Below are positions 46,583 through 57,692 of a stretch of 64,000 bases of DNA, one piece after another. The DNA lies in NCBI GenBank assembly GCA_934122115.1, contig CAKOVU010000001.1:23755-87754 (forward strand). The letters are read 5' to 3'. Below the pieces are notes generated by a model that worked only from the letters and a program-made list of their open reading frames with translations, searched no databases and was not told the DNA's origin. The DNA is from an uncultured Clostridia bacterium (GTDB lineage Bacteria > Bacillota > Clostridia > TANB77 > CAG-508). Both the position numbers and the translations under genes were made by a program. Within the stretch, counting starts at the first letter, position 1, and each line of letters opens with the position of its first letter.

Positions 46583-49024
46583 ATGAAATATAAATTTACA
46601 AACAGTGCTCAAGTAGCATTGGAAATAGCGACTAACTTAGCTATAAAACTAGGTCATGATTATGTGGGAACAGAACATATATTATATGGTTTAGTTGAAG
46701 AACCTAACGGAGTTGCAGGAAGATTATTGGAAAAACAAGGAATTACAATTGAGAGTATATTAGAACAAATAGAAGTGCTAGTAGGCTCAAATCCAGTAAA
46801 TATTCTATCTGTTGAAGATATAGGCTTTACACCAAGAACAAAAAGAGTTATAGAGAATGCTTTTATAGAAGCTAGAAAATTAAATAGTGAGTATATAGGA
46901 ACAGAGCATTTACTAGTTGGAATTATGAGAGAAGGCGATAGTGTAGCAGTAAGAATAATGATGAACTTAAATGTAGCCCCTCAAAAAATATATAGTGAGA
47001 TAGTAAAATTAATAAAAGAAGGCGAAGAAGCAAATTCTGATAACAATAAAACTTATGGAAGCTTTAATTCAACACCAACATTAAACCAATATGGAACAGA
47101 CTTAACAAAGAAAGCACAAGAAGGAAAATTGGACCCTGTGATAGGGAGACAAAAAGAAATAGAAAGAGTCGTGCAAATTCTATCAAGAAGAACCAAAAAT
47201 AATCCTTGCTTAATAGGTGAACCAGGCGTCGGAAAAACAGCTATAGCCGAGGGACTTGCTCAAAGAATAATACAAGGTGATATACCAGAAACATTAAAAA
47301 ATAAAAGAGTAGTTAGCTTGGATATATCTGGAATGGTTGCTGGTGCTAAATATAGAGGCGACTTTGAAGAGAGAATAAAGAAAGCATTAAATGAAGTAAA
47401 AAAAGCCGGAGATGTAATTCTATTTATAGATGAGATTCATACTATAGTAGGTGCCGGTTCTGCAGAAGGTGCTGTTGATGCTGCAAACATACTAAAACCT
47501 TTACTAGCTAGAGGAGAAATAAATGTAGTAGGTGCAACAACAACAAATGAATATAGAAAATATATAGAAAAAGATGCAGCTTTAGAAAGAAGATTTAGTC
47601 CTGTAATGGTAGAAGAACCTAATAAAGAAGATGCTATAAAGATCCTTGAAGGATTAAGAGATAAGTATGAAGCACATCATAATGTAAAAATTCCAGATGA
47701 GTCTATAAAAGCAGCGGTAGAATATTCTATAAGATATGTAAATGATAGATATTTGCCAGATAAAGCAATAGATTTAATAGATGAAGCGGCTTCTAAGGTG
47801 AAAATGAAAACATATACAAAACCAGATTCATTAAAGAAATTAGATGACGAAATAGAAAAACTAACAAGAGAAAAAGAAGAAGCAATAGCCACACAAAACT
47901 TTGAAAAAGCAGCTAATTTAAGAGATAAAGAAAAAAATAAAAAGAAAGAGTTGGAAGAAAAGCAAGAAAAATGGAAAAATACTAATAACAAAAAAGTTAG
48001 TATAGTAACAGCTGAAGATATAGCAAACGTAATAGCAACTTGGACAGGAATACCAGTAAATAAGATTACTGAAAGTGAGAATGAGAAATTAAAAAATCTA
48101 GAAGAAAATTTGCATAAGAGGGTAATAGGACAAGACAAAGCTGTAACAGCTATTGCCAAAGCAATAAGAAGAGGAAGAGTAGGGTTAAAAGATCCTAATA
48201 GACCAATAGGTTCATTCTTATTCTTAGGTCCAACTGGTGTTGGAAAAACTGAATTATCAAAAGCATTAGCTGAAAACCTATTTGGAAATGAAAACACAAT
48301 GATAAGAATAGATATGTCTGAATTTATGGAACCACATTCTGTGGCAAAACTAATTGGTTCACCTCCAGGATATGTGGGATATGATGAAGGTGGTCAACTA
48401 ACAGAAAAAGTTAGAAGAAAACCATATTCTGTAATACTATTTGATGAGGTAGAAAAAGCCCACCCGGATGTAATGAATATGTTGCTTCAAATACTAGAAG
48501 ATGGTAGGTTAACAGACTCGCAAGGAAGAACCGTAAACTTTAAGAATACTGTAATAATAATGACATCAAATGTTGGAGCGAGATTGATTACAGATAGAAA
48601 TAAATTAGGTTTTACAAATAATCAGAATGAAGAAGAAAAGAACAAGAAAGATTACGAAGAAACCAAAAAAGAAGTAATGGCAGAGTTAAAAAAACAGTTT
48701 AGACCAGAATTATTAAATCGTATAGATGATATAATTGTGTTCCATAAGTTAGAAAATAAAGATATAGAGAAAATAATAGATTTAATGCTAAATCAAGTAA
48801 TTAAGAGAATGAAAGCTCAAGACATAGAAATTGAAATATCAGATGATGTTAAAAAATTAATTGCAGAAAAAGGTGTTGATAATAATTATGGAGCAAGACC
48901 TTTAAGAAGGGCTATACAAAGTATGCTAGAAGATAAAATAGCAGAAGCAATATTGGATGGTATAGTGCAACCAAATAAAAAAGCTAAAGTAGTAGTTAAA
49001 GATGGAAATATAGTAATAGAATAA
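46583..49024 (+). CDS. clpC: ATP-dependent Clp protease ATP-binding subunit ClpC
   Basis: Two AAA+ modules ([16 protein letters not shown]), Clp-N repeats, UVR linker; 813 aa. Confidence 0.9.
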   Translation: MKYKFTNSAQVALEIATNLAIKLGHDYVGTEHILYGLVEEPNGVAGRLLEKQGITIESILEQIEVLVGSNPVNILSVEDIGFTPRTKRVIENAFIEARKLNSEYIGTEHLLVGIMREGDSVAVRIMMNLNVAPQKIYSEIVKLIKEGEEANSDNNKTYGSFNSTPTLNQYGTDLTKKAQEGKLDPVIGRQKEIERVVQILSRRTKNNPCLIGEPGVGKTAIAEGLAQRIIQGDIPETLKNKRVVSLDISGMVAGAKYRGDFEERIKKALNEVKKAGDVILFIDEIHTIVGAGSAEGAVDAANILKPLLARGEINVVGATTTNEYRKYIEKDAALERRFSPVMVEEPNKEDAIKILEGLRDKYEAHHNVKIPDESIKAAVEYSIRYVNDRYLPDKAIDLIDEAASKVKMKTYTKPDSLKKLDDEIEKLTREKEEAIATQNFEKAANLRDKEKNKKKELEEKQEKWKNTNNKKVSIVTAEDIANVIATWTGIPVNKITESENEKLKNLEENLHKRVIGQDKAVTAIAKAIRRGRVGLKDPNRPIGSFLFLGPTGVGKTELSKALAENLFGNENTMIRIDMSEFMEPHSVAKLIGSPPGYVGYDEGGQLTEKVRRKPYSVILFDEVEKAHPDVMNMLLQILEDGRLTDSQGRTVNFKNTVIIMTSNVGARLITDRNKLGFTNNQNEEEKNKKDYEETKKEVMAELKKQFRPELLNRIDDIIVFHKLENKDIEKIIDLMLNQVIKRMKAQDIEIEISDDVKKLIAEKGVDNNYGARPLRRAIQSMLEDKIAEAILDGIVQPNKKAKVVVKDGNIVIE

Positions 49025-49036
49025 AGGAGACTAGAT

Positions 49037-49807
49037 ATGATAGCCTTAGTTACAGGTGCTTCCTCTGGAATAGGAAGAGATATTGCTAGAGAATTGGCAA
49101 AAAGGAAATATAATATAATTGCTGTTGCAAGAAACGAAGATGCGTTAAAAGAACTAAAGAATGAATTGGAAAAAGAATATGAAGTTAATGTAGATGTAAG
49201 AGCAATGGATTTGATTGATAGAGATGGGTGTAGAAAACTACATGATGATGTAAAAAGCCAATATGGAATAATTGATGTGTTAGTTAATGATGCGGGATTC
49301 GGAACCTGTGGCAAATTTACTGAAACAGATTTAGATAAAGAATTAGGAATGATAGATACAAATGTAGTTGCCCTTCATATATTAACAAAGTTATTCTTGA
49401 TAGATATGGTGGAAGCGGATAAGGGACACATATTAAATGTGGCGTCAATAGCAGGTTTTATGCCTGGCCCGTTGATGGCAACATATTATTCTACAAAATC
49501 TTATGTTGTAAGATTAACACAAAGCATAAGGCAAGAATTATTTATGCAAGGGTCACATGTAAAAATTAGTGCATTATGCCCAGGACCAGTTAAAACTAAT
49601 TTTAATAAAGTGGCTGATGTTAAATTTAATTTAATGGAAGCGGACAGCAAATTTGTAGCAAAATATGCTGTAAAACTAATGTTTTTAAATAGAACATTAA
49701 TATTTCCAAGTTTCTTCATTTGGATGGGAAGATTACTTGCAAAAATTTTTCCAGATCAAATATCTGCATTTGTGTGCTATTTTGCACAAAGAAGAAAAAT
49801 ATCATAA
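49037..49807 (+). CDS. SDR family oxidoreductase
   Basis: TGASSGIGRDIA and YSTKS motifs. Confidence 0.8.
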   Translation: MIALVTGASSGIGRDIARELAKRKYNIIAVARNEDALKELKNELEKEYEVNVDVRAMDLIDRDGCRKLHDDVKSQYGIIDVLVNDAGFGTCGKFTETDLDKELGMIDTNVVALHILTKLFLIDMVEADKGHILNVASIAGFMPGPLMATYYSTKSYVVRLTQSIRQELFMQGSHVKISALCPGPVKTNFNKVADVKFNLMEADSKFVAKYAVKLMFLNRTLIFPSFFIWMGRLLAKIFPDQISAFVCYFAQRRKIS

Positions 49808-49812
49808 TAAAA

Positions 49813-49862
49813 ATTACTCCTTGAATAATAGAAAATCTATTGTTTAAGGAGTAATTTTTTAT
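49813..49862. terminator. bidirectional terminator ATTACTCCTT-(23-nt loop)-AAGGAGTAAT flanked by A-run/T-run
   Basis: Perfect 10-bp stem between convergent SDR and murC genes; TTTTTT 49855-49862. Confidence 0.55.
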
Positions 49863-51248
49863 TTAATCTTTATTTATTATCATTGGACCAATATTGGTAA
49901 CGGTTCCAGCACCTAAAGTAATTACAATATCATTTGGCATTACTCTATCCCTAATATATTTAGCTATTTCATTGAAATCTGTCATGTAAATAGCATGCTT
50001 TTGAACTTTGTTAATCAAATTTACTAAATCTTGAGAAGAAACGCCTAATGTATCAGCCTCTCTGGCTGCATAAATATCAGTAACAATTATGTTGTTAAAT
50101 CCGCTTAAAGATTGAGCAAATTCGTTTAATAGGCTCTTTGTTCTACTATATGTGTGAGGTTGGAAAATTACCCAAGATCTATTGAAATCCTTTTGCATCA
50201 TTGCATCATATGTAGCTTTTATCTCAGAAGGATGATGAGCATAGTCATCATATACTGTAGCATTATTTATAGTTCCTACATATTCAAATCTTCTGTGGGC
50301 ACCTGTGTATTTTAATAGTGCGGATTTTATTACCTCTTTATCTATTCCATATTCAAAACATGTTGCAATACATGCTAAAGCATTGTATACATTGTGACGT
50401 CCTGGAACTGAAAGTTTGAATGTTTTAAAGAAAGTATTATTTCTATAAACATCAAAAGAAGGAAATCCATTACGGTCGAATTTAATGTTACGTGCAACAA
50501 AATTTGCTTTATTATTTTCCAAACTAAAAGTTACAGCTCTAGCTTTAGTGTATTTAAATAAATCAGCACAGTATTCATTATCTATATTTAAAACTAATAA
50601 ACCATCTTGAGGCAATAATTCTACATATTTAACGAAAGAAGCCTTAATATGTTCAATATCTTTAAAATAATCCAGGTGGTCATTATCAATATTTAATATT
50701 ATTTCGGTTTTTGGATGGAACTTTAAAAAGCTTTCTACATATTCACAAGATTCTAATATAAAGTATTCACTATTTCCAACTCTGTAATTTCCATTTATAG
50801 ATTTTAAAATAGCTCCAACTTGAACGCTAGGATCCTTATGAGCTTCAATAAAGCAAGTAGCTATCATAGAAGTTGTAGTAGTTTTTCCATGTGTTCCTGA
50901 AATGCAAATAGAATCATTGAAAGCCTTTGTAATCATTCCTAAAAAAGTAGATCTTTCCATTATAGGAATATTTAAACGCCTAGCTTCTTGCAACTCAGGG
51001 TCATTATCCGAGATGGCAGCACTGAATACCACAAGATCGCTTTTCCTTAGATTGATTAAATCATGACCAATAACTACTGGTATGTTTCTATTAATTAATT
51101 CATCAGTCAATTCTGAAGAGCTTGCATCAGAACCAGTTACGTAAAATCCCCAATTTTTTAAAAGTGCAGCAATACCACTCATACTTGTACCGCCAATACC
51201 TATCATATGTATATGTTTATAATGCTTTAATTCCTCTAGATTAGCCAC
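49863..51248 (-). CDS. murC: UDP-N-acetylmuramate--L-alanine ligase
   Basis: MIGIGGTSMSGIA...ISGTHGKTTT Mur ligase motifs. Confidence 0.9.
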   Translation of the reverse strand: MANLEELKHYKHIHMIGIGGTSMSGIAALLKNWGFYVTGSDASSSELTDELINRNIPVVIGHDLINLRKSDLVVFSAAISDNDPELQEARRLNIPIMERSTFLGMITKAFNDSICISGTHGKTTTTSMIATCFIEAHKDPSVQVGAILKSINGNYRVGNSEYFILESCEYVESFLKFHPKTEIILNIDNDHLDYFKDIEHIKASFVKYVELLPQDGLLVLNIDNEYCADLFKYTKARAVTFSLENNKANFVARNIKFDRNGFPSFDVYRNNTFFKTFKLSVPGRHNVYNALACIATCFEYGIDKEVIKSALLKYTGAHRRFEYVGTINNATVYDDYAHHPSEIKATYDAMMQKDFNRSWVIFQPHTYSRTKSLLNEFAQSLSGFNNIIVTDIYAAREADTLGVSSQDLVNLINKVQKHAIYMTDFNEIAKYIRDRVMPNDIVITLGAGTVTNIGPMIINKD

Positions 51249-51477
51249 TATTATCGCTCCCTTATCTAAATTTTAATCGAAGTACATTATATAACGAAAA
51301 TGTAATATTTTCAATAAAAAACATTAATTTTAATAATATAATATTAAAAAATCGATAAGATGTGATTAAAAATTAATATAAATAATTTGTAAAATAAAGA
51401 AGGGAAAAAGAAAAGAATGGAGAATAATATACTAGTACATAAAAATGTACTAATAAACATTGGAAGGTGGTACTCAA

Positions 51478-51771
51478 ATGGAGATTACAGATGTACGTTT
51501 AAAAAAAATTAATACAAGTGGAAAAATGAAGGCAATAGCTTCTATTACAATTGATAATGAATTTGTTGTTCATGAAATCAAAGTTATAGATAGCCAACAA
51601 AAAGGAATTATAATTGCTATGCCTAGTAAAGGAAAAAATGGCAAATTTAATGATATTGCTCACCCTATTAAGAGCGAAACAAGAGAAAAAATAACAAAAG
51701 CAATAATGAAAGCTTACGAAGAAGCAGAAGATCCAGCACCAGTTGAGAATGAAGAAACAGATGCTGAATAA
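51478..51771 (+). CDS. spoVG: septation/sporulation regulator SpoVG
   Basis: [37 protein letters not shown]; RBS GGAAGGTGG. Confidence 0.9.
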   Translation: MEITDVRLKKINTSGKMKAIASITIDNEFVVHEIKVIDSQQKGIIIAMPSKGKNGKFNDIAHPIKSETREKITKAIMKAYEEAEDPAPVENEETDAE

Positions 51772-51849
51772 ATATATAATTAGAATATTCTAATGTATAG
51801 AATCATAATATTAAATGTCAGGTTTAATTATTATGGTTCTATTTTTGTG

Positions 51850-51892
51850 TAAAAAAGAACACCCCCAGAACGCAGTCTGCATTCCAGGGGGA
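51850..51892 (-). terminator. GC-rich hairpin (CCCCC...GGGGG) with T-tract on the minus strand; terminator of the 73-aa minus-strand gene
   Basis: CCCCCAGAACGCAGTCTGCATTCCAGGGGG with an A6 run upstream on the plus strand (U-run for the minus transcript). Confidence 0.5.
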
Positions 51893-51897
51893 AGGAC

Positions 51898-52119
51898 TTA
51901 AGCTTTGCAGCAATTGAACCCGTTGGCTCTTAGCTGGTAATAGAGTTCAGGATACATAGCATCCTGGTAACTCACGTAATACCTACCATCAATTGACTTT
52001 GCATCAAATAATTTGACATCAAAGCAATCAAACAGTGCTACCACATTCGAAAGGTCTTCTGCCGTGAAAAGAACTTTCACGGGTTCTGCTAAAAAGTTTT
52101 TGTACATAAAACAACTCAT
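51898..52119 (-). CDS. small (73 aa) hypothetical protein ending in CCKA, compositionally atypical (~43% GC)
   Basis: MSCFMYKNFLAEPVKVLFTAEDL...GFNCCKA; balanced protein-like composition; GC clearly above surroundings. Confidence 0.45.
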   Translation of the reverse strand: MSCFMYKNFLAEPVKVLFTAEDLSNVVALFDCFDVKLFDAKSIDGRYYVSYQDAMYPELYYQLRANGFNCCKA

Positions 52120-52314
52120 TCCTTTTTTGTGATTTGATATATATATTATAACACATTTGAAACAAAATTACAATATTTTCCAGTTAAAAAAATAAAAAAA
52201 CTTACAGCCAGAAGAAAAATGACGAAAAATGTCAAAAGCAAAAATGTGATTAAACTTGAAAAAATATCCAATGTATGTTATAATAAAAACATTGACAAAG
52301 AGAGGTGAAATTTA

Positions 52315-52995
52315 TTGAGAGATATTAATGTAATAAAAGAAGACTACAATGATTATATAATGCAACAATTGCATGAGTATGAAATTAGTTTGGAAATGAT
52401 AGGAAGCGCAATAGAAAGAATGAAAGCAAAAAAATTAATATCTGAAAATGTACAAATAACTGGTAGAATAAAAAGTTTTAAATCTGCATATTTAAATTAT
52501 GAACGAGATAAGAAAATAGATGATTGTTTTGGTCTAAGGATTGTAGCAAAGCAAGAAGAGCTAGTAAAAATAAGAGAAGAGTTAGCAAAGCTTTTAACTG
52601 TAAAAAGCACAAAAGACCATAGAAAAAGAATGAATACAGAATATAATGCAGTACACCAGATGGTATATTTAAACAATGAATTTATAGATGGATTAAAAGA
52701 TATAGATCCGCACTTATTTCCATTATTGGAGATTCAATATTGGGATGAAGAAACAGAAAGAGATTGTTTTAATGGAAATCTTTCATATGCACACTATAAA
52801 CATAGAAATATAAAAGAGATGGCAAAACAATATAATGAAAATCCAAAAAGCGTATACGAAGAATTACCAACTTATTATGAAATAGAAGGTAAAAAAGTAA
52901 AAAGATTAACCAAAGAAGAGACATTAGATAGAATGTATCCAGAATTAAAAAAAGAATTGGAAGAAAATCAAGAAGAGATGTTAGATATAGGATAA
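52315..52995 (+). CDS. RelA/SpoT-domain small alarmone synthetase-like protein (RelQ/RelP family, divergent)
   Basis: ITGRIKSFKSAYLNYERDKKIDDCFGLRIVAK aligns with VTGRVK...IAGLRI of B. subtilis SasB. YNAVHQMVY aligns with YRSYHLVV. LLEIQYWDEETERD...YAHYK aligns with LVEIQIRT...LNYK, but IRT is replaced by YWD. TTG start after AGAGGTGA. Confidence 0.6.
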   Translation: MRDINVIKEDYNDYIMQQLHEYEISLEMIGSAIERMKAKKLISENVQITGRIKSFKSAYLNYERDKKIDDCFGLRIVAKQEELVKIREELAKLLTVKSTKDHRKRMNTEYNAVHQMVYLNNEFIDGLKDIDPHLFPLLEIQYWDEETERDCFNGNLSYAHYKHRNIKEMAKQYNENPKSVYEELPTYYEIEGKKVKRLTKEETLDRMYPELKKELEENQEEMLDIG

Positions 52996-53000
52996 AGAAA

Positions 53001-53040
53001 GAGGCACATTGTAGAAAAACTATAATGTGCTTCTTTTTTT
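53001..53040 (+). terminator. intrinsic terminator GCACATTGTAG-aaaaa-CTATAATGTGC + T8
   Basis: 11-bp stem with one mismatch, followed by TTCTTTTTTT. Confidence 0.6.
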
Positions 53041-53050
53041 GCAATAATTA

Positions 53051-53079
53051 TTGACTTTTAGCTTTAAATAGTATATAAT
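53051..53079 (+). promoter_or_regulatory. near-consensus sigma-A promoter TTGACT-17-TATAAT of the S10 ribosomal-protein operon
   Basis: TTGACT 53051-53056, TATAAT 53074-53079, ~245 nt upstream of rpsJ. Confidence 0.55.
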
Positions 53080-53323
53080 TATTAGGCATGTAAGATAGCG
53101 AAGAAGTAAGATGTGGCTACAATCCGCAACAAACCAGCGATTGGAGGGAACTCTTATGGAGCATGTCGTGGCTTAGACCAGGCGGTAAGGTTTATAAAAT
53201 AGAAGCACTTATCCCAAGAATTATCATGCAAAACTTGGGCTTTTATATTGATAAATGGTAGAACACCAGGGTGCGTTTATAACTTCCTGCCAAATAAAAA
53301 TAATATTAAGGAGGGAAAATTAC
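53080..53323 (+). ncRNA. long GC-enriched 5' leader of the S10 operon containing a stem (CCCAAG...CTTGGG) plus U-tract attenuator-like hairpin at 53213-53249
   Basis: The leader is markedly more GC-rich than other intergenic DNA here, with several complementary GC segments. A hairpin followed by CUUUUAUAUU lies ~75 nt before the rpsJ RBS. Confidence 0.4.
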
Positions 53324-53653
53324 ATGGCAAAAACACAAACAAGTGAGGTAACAAACGGTAAACTAAGAATAAGACTTAAAGCTTATGATTCAGTTGTTTT
53401 AGAACAGTCTGCTGCAAAAATAGTAGATACTGCTAAAAAAACAGGAGCTAAAGTTTCAGGACCTATTCCATTACCAACAGAAAAAGAAATCGTAACAATA
53501 TTACGTTCTCCACACAAACACAAAGATTCAAGAGAACAATTTGAAATGAGAACACACAAGAGAGTTATAGACATTCTTTACCCAACACAAAAAACAATTG
53601 ATAGTTTAACAAAAATAGAACTACCAGCTGGTGTTGATATAGAAATAAAATAA
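53324..53653 (+). CDS. rpsJ: 30S ribosomal protein S10
   Basis: LRIRLKAYD...GPIPLPTEK...[11 protein letters not shown]; RBS AAGGAGGG. Confidence 0.9.
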   Translation: MAKTQTSEVTNGKLRIRLKAYDSVVLEQSAAKIVDTAKKTGAKVSGPIPLPTEKEIVTILRSPHKHKDSREQFEMRTHKRVIDILYPTQKTIDSLTKIELPAGVDIEIK

Positions 53654-53758
53654 ATTCGTAAAAAAAGTTGAAAGTTGTGAACAACTAAAAATAAATCACA
53701 AACAAAACCAAGCTGATAGACTTTTAAGTTTATAAGCCAATAGTTAGGAGGAAAAGAA

Positions 53759-54388
53759 ATGAATAAAGCAATAATAGGAAAGAAAATAGGAATGACACAA
53801 ATATTCGATGAAAAAGGAAGGGTTATTCCTGTAACAGCAATTGAAGCTGGACCATGTGTTATAGCACAAGTTAAAAATGTAGAAACAGATGGATATGAAG
53901 CAATCCAATTAGGATTCGGTGAAGTTAAAGAAAGTAAAGTTAATAGACCAATAAAAGGACACTTTGCAAAATCAAAATTAACACCAAAGAAACATTTAAG
54001 AGAATTTAGAGTAGACTCTGTAGAAGGAGTAAAAGTTGGAGATGAACTTAAAGCTGATACTTTTGCAGCAGGAGATAAAGTTGATATCCAAGGTATATCT
54101 AAAGGTAAAGGTTTCCAAGGTGTTATTAAACGTCATGGACAATCAAGAGGACCAATGGGTCATGGTTCTATGTATCATAGAAGACCAGGTTCAATGGGAC
54201 CTACATCAACTCCAGGAAGAGTATTTAAAGGTAAAAAACTTCCAGGACATATGGGAAGAAATACAATAACAATACAAAACCTAGAAGTTGTTAAAGTAGA
54301 CTTAGACAAAAATGTAATATTAGTAAAAGGTAGCGTACCAGGAGCAAATGGTAGTATCTTAAAAATAAAATCAAGTATAAAAGCATAG
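53759..54388 (+). CDS. rplC: 50S ribosomal protein L3
   Basis: [14 protein letters not shown]...; 105-nt spacer after rpsJ. Confidence 0.9.
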   Translation: MNKAIIGKKIGMTQIFDEKGRVIPVTAIEAGPCVIAQVKNVETDGYEAIQLGFGEVKESKVNRPIKGHFAKSKLTPKKHLREFRVDSVEGVKVGDELKADTFAAGDKVDIQGISKGKGFQGVIKRHGQSRGPMGHGSMYHRRPGSMGPTSTPGRVFKGKKLPGHMGRNTITIQNLEVVKVDLDKNVILVKGSVPGANGSILKIKSSIKA

Positions 54389-54404
54389 GAAGGAGGAAGA
54401 AAAA

Positions 54405-55028
54405 ATGCCTAAAATAGATGTATATGACATTAATGGAAAGAAAGTTAAAGAAGTTGAATTAAAAGAAGAAATATTTGGGATAGAGCCAAATGAAGCTGTA
54501 GTACATAGCGTACTAGTAAACTTCTTAGCAAATCAAAGACAAGGTACACAAAGTACTAAAACAAGATCAGAAGTTGCTGGTGGTGGAAGAAAACCATGGA
54601 GACAAAAAGGAACAGGACGTGCAAGACAAGGAAGTATAAGAGCACCACAATGGATTAAAGGTGGTATAGCTTTAGGACCAAAACCACGTTCATACAAATA
54701 CACAGTAAATAAACAAGAAAAGAGATTAGCTATTAAATCAGTATTAAGCTCTAAAGTATTAGAGAATGAATTAGTAGTTGTAGACGAATTACCATTAAAA
54801 GAAATAAAAACAAAGGAAATGGTAAAAGTTTTATCAAATTTAAAAGTAGACGGAAAAGCATTAGTAATGCTACCAGAAAAGAACGAAAAAGTTCAAAAAT
54901 CAGCTAGAAACATAGAAGGTGTAAAAACTACTCTAGTTGGAACAATAAATGTTTATGATTTATTAAAATACAATAAACTTGTTGTAACATTAGATACAAT
55001 AAAGAAATTAGAGGAGGTGTACGCATAA
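54405..55028 (+). CDS. rplD: 50S ribosomal protein L4
   Basis: [19 protein letters not shown]... Confidence 0.9.
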   Translation: MPKIDVYDINGKKVKEVELKEEIFGIEPNEAVVHSVLVNFLANQRQGTQSTKTRSEVAGGGRKPWRQKGTGRARQGSIRAPQWIKGGIALGPKPRSYKYTVNKQEKRLAIKSVLSSKVLENELVVVDELPLKEIKTKEMVKVLSNLKVDGKALVMLPEKNEKVQKSARNIEGVKTTLVGTINVYDLLKYNKLVVTLDTIKKLEEVYA

Positions 55029-55375
55029 TGTTACCAGAAGACATAATTATAAAACCTATAATTACAGAGAAAAGTAATGACGGTTTACAAGAAGGAAAGT
55101 ATACCTTTAAAGTAAATAAAAAAGCTACAAAAGTTGATATTGCAAAAGCAGTAGAAAAACTTTTTGGAGTTAAAGTATTAAAAGTTAACACAATAAATGT
55201 TAACGGAAAAGAAAAAAGAGTTGGAAGAAATGTTGGAAAAACATCTGACTGGAAAAAAGCTATTGTTACAATAGATACAAATCCATCAGACAAAACATAT
55301 CTTGCAAAAGGTGGAAAAGAAGTAAAAGTTTCTAAGAAATATAAAGATTCAATTGATGAATTTGCAGGAGCTTAG
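55028..55375 (+). CDS. rplW: 50S ribosomal protein L23
   Basis: Start overlaps the rplD stop (TAATG). Confidence 0.85.
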   Translation: MLPEDIIIKPIITEKSNDGLQEGKYTFKVNKKATKVDIAKAVEKLFGVKVLKVNTINVNGKEKRVGRNVGKTSDWKKAIVTIDTNPSDKTYLAKGGKEVKVSKKYKDSIDEFAGA

Positions 55376-55483
55376 AAATAAAATTTAAAAATATCGAGAA
55401 ATAACTCGGATAATAAAAAATATCTGCTTATGCGGGGCAGGAAAAAAATAACACGTAAATATAAATAATAAGAGGAAAAGAAA

Positions 55484-56314
55484 ATGGCAACAAAAAAATT
55501 TAGACCAGTAACTCCATCATTAAGAAATATGGCATTATCTGACTTTTCTGAAATAACAAAAAAGACACCTGAAAAATCCTTATTAACAACAAAGAAAGAA
55601 AAAGCAGGAAGAAATAGTTATGGAAGAATAACAGTACGTCATCAAGGTGGAGGAAACAGACAAAAATATAGAATAATTGATTTTAAACGTAATAAGAAAG
55701 ATGATATGCCAGCAACTGTAGTTGGTATAGAATATGATCCAAACAGAAGTGCAAATATAGCATTAATAAAATATGAAGACGGAACATTAAGCTATATATT
55801 AGCTCCAATAGGATTAAAAGATGGAGATAAAGTAATATCTGGTAAAAAAGCTGATATAAAACCAGGAAATTGCATGGAATTAGAAAGCATACCAGTTGGT
55901 ACTATGGTACACAATATAGAATTAAATCCAGGTCAAGGTGGAAAGCTAGTTAGAGCTGCAGGACAAGAAGCTCAACTTATGGCTAAAGAAGGAAAATATG
56001 CTAACTTAAGATTACCATCAGGAGAAATGAGATTAGTAATGATTAATTGTAGAGCTACAATCGGAACTGTAGGTAATGCTGAGCATGAAAACATAAAATT
56101 AGGTAAAGCAGGAAAAACAAGACATTTAGGAAAACGTCCAGAAGTAAGAGGATCTGCAATGAACCCAGTAGATCACCCTCATGGTGGTGGTGAAGGTAAG
56201 GCTCCAGTAGGACACGCAGGACCAATGACTCCTTGGGGTAAACCAGCACTTGGATATAAGACAAGAAAGAAAAACAAAAAATCAGACAAATTAATATCTA
56301 AGAGGAGGAAATAG
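55484..56314 (+). CDS. rplB: 50S ribosomal protein L2
   Basis: [14 protein letters not shown]...[13 protein letters not shown]. Confidence 0.9.
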   Translation: MATKKFRPVTPSLRNMALSDFSEITKKTPEKSLLTTKKEKAGRNSYGRITVRHQGGGNRQKYRIIDFKRNKKDDMPATVVGIEYDPNRSANIALIKYEDGTLSYILAPIGLKDGDKVISGKKADIKPGNCMELESIPVGTMVHNIELNPGQGGKLVRAAGQEAQLMAKEGKYANLRLPSGEMRLVMINCRATIGTVGNAEHENIKLGKAGKTRHLGKRPEVRGSAMNPVDHPHGGGEGKAPVGHAGPMTPWGKPALGYKTRKKNKKSDKLISKRRK

Positions 56315-56316
56315 AA

Positions 56317-56598
56317 ATGTCAAGATCTAGTAAAAAGAAACCATTTGTTGCACCTGAATTATTAAAGAGAATAGATGCAATGAATGAAACTGGAAAAAAA
56401 GAAGTTCTAAAAACTTGGTCAAGAGCTTCTACAATATATCCACAAATGGTTGGTCATACAATCGCTGTTCATGACGGAAGAAAACATGTTCCAGTATACA
56501 TTACTGAAGAAATGATTGGACATAAATTAGGAGAATTTGCTCCAACAAGAACATTCAAAGGTCATGCAGGAGATAAAACAACTACAAACGGAAAATAG
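56317..56598 (+). CDS. rpsS: 30S ribosomal protein S19
   Basis: [19 protein letters not shown]... Confidence 0.9.
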   Translation: MSRSSKKKPFVAPELLKRIDAMNETGKKEVLKTWSRASTIYPQMVGHTIAVHDGRKHVPVYITEEMIGHKLGEFAPTRTFKGHAGDKTTTNGK

Positions 56599-56631
56599 AA
56601 TATTTGAAAATAAAATAAGGAGGTAAGTAGA

Positions 56632-57006
56632 GTGGAAGCAAAGAAAGAAGAGACAATAGTAAATGAAGTACCAGAAGCAAGAGCTACTTTAAAATATGCT
56701 AGAATATCAAGCAGAAAAGTTAAAATCGTAATAGATTTAATAAGAGGCAAAAGCGTAGACGAAGCCCTAGCAATAGTAAAATTCACTCCAAAGGCATCAT
56801 CTGAAATAATTGAAAAATTATTAAAATCAGCAATAGCTAATGCGGAGAATAACCATAACATGGCTCATGAAAAATTATATGTAGCTGAAGTATATGCAAA
56901 CCAAGGTCCAACTTTAAGAAGAATTAGACCAGCTGCAAAAGGCTCAGCTGTTAGAATAAGAAAAAGAACAAGCCATATTACAATAGTTTTAAGAGAAAGA
57001 GACTAA
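56632..57006 (+). CDS. rplV: 50S ribosomal protein L22
   Basis: GTG start after AGGAGGT; ...[18 protein letters not shown]. Confidence 0.85.
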   Translation: MEAKKEETIVNEVPEARATLKYARISSRKVKIVIDLIRGKSVDEALAIVKFTPKASSEIIEKLLKSAIANAENNHNMAHEKLYVAEVYANQGPTLRRIRPAAKGSAVRIRKRTSHITIVLRERD

Positions 57007-57029
57007 TAAAAAAGGAGGATTAAAATAAA

Positions 57030-57692
57030 ATGGGACAAAAAATGGATCCTAATGGATTAAGAGTTGGAGTCATCAGAGATTGGAACTCAAAATGGTATGC
57101 AGATGCAAAACACTTTGGCGACTATCTAGTAGAAGACCATAAAATCCGTGAATATGTAAAGAAGAAATTATACCTTAGTGGAATTTCTAAAATAGAAATA
57201 GAAAGAACTGCTAAATTTGTAAAAGTTAACGTATATACAGCAAAACCTGGACTAGTAATAGGAAAAGGTGGAAACTTAGCAGAAAGCTTAAAAGAAGAAT
57301 TAAAGAAAATGATTAACAAAGAAGTTAATTTAAATATAGTAGAAGTTAAAAATCCTGATATGAGTGCACAATTAGTTGCAGAAAATATAGCAGGACAATT
57401 AGAGAGAAGAATTTCATTCAGACGTGCAATGAAACAATGCATGCAAAAAACAATGAAAGCAGGAGCTCTAGGAATAAAAACAGCTGTATCTGGAAGATTA
57501 GGTGGAGCTGATATGGCTAGAACAGAATTTTATAAAGATGGTACTATACCACTACAAACATTAAGAGCTGACATTGATTATGGATTTGCAGAAGCAAATA
57601 CAACTTATGGAAAAATAGGTGTAAAAGTTTGGATATATAAAGGAGAAGTTCTTCCAGCTAAGAAGAAAGTTATGGAAGGAGGAGACAAATAA
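57030..57692 (+). CDS. rpsC: 30S ribosomal protein S3
   Basis: [24 protein letters not shown]; KH domain. Confidence 0.9.
   Translation: MGQKMDPNGLRVGVIRDWNSKWYADAKHFGDYLVEDHKIREYVKKKLYLSGISKIEIERTAKFVKVNVYTAKPGLVIGKGGNLAESLKEELKKMINKEVNLNIVEVKNPDMSAQLVAENIAGQLERRISFRRAMKQCMQKTMKAGALGIKTAVSGRLGGADMARTEFYKDGTIPLQTLRADIDYGFAEANTTYGKIGVKVWIYKGEVLPAKKKVMEGGDK

Noticed and set aside
51249-51477. Sigma-H type promoter call upstream of spoVG
   Set aside because: A GAAGGGAAA...GAAT arrangement is present, but the spacing (about 14 nt from AGG to GAAT) does not fit the sigma-H consensus spacing, so no promoter is called.
51841-52130. GC-rich patch as a possible small RNA (SRP, 6S or tmRNA fragment)
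   Set aside because: There are no SRP domain-IV or tmRNA signature sequences. The region carries a clean 73-codon ORF with protein-like composition plus a terminator, so a coding gene is the better explanation.
53255-53323. N-terminal extension [13 protein letters not shown]... of the rpsJ track ORF
   Set aside because: It lies within the untranslated leader. The real S10 start is the ATG at 53324, preceded by AAGGAGGG.
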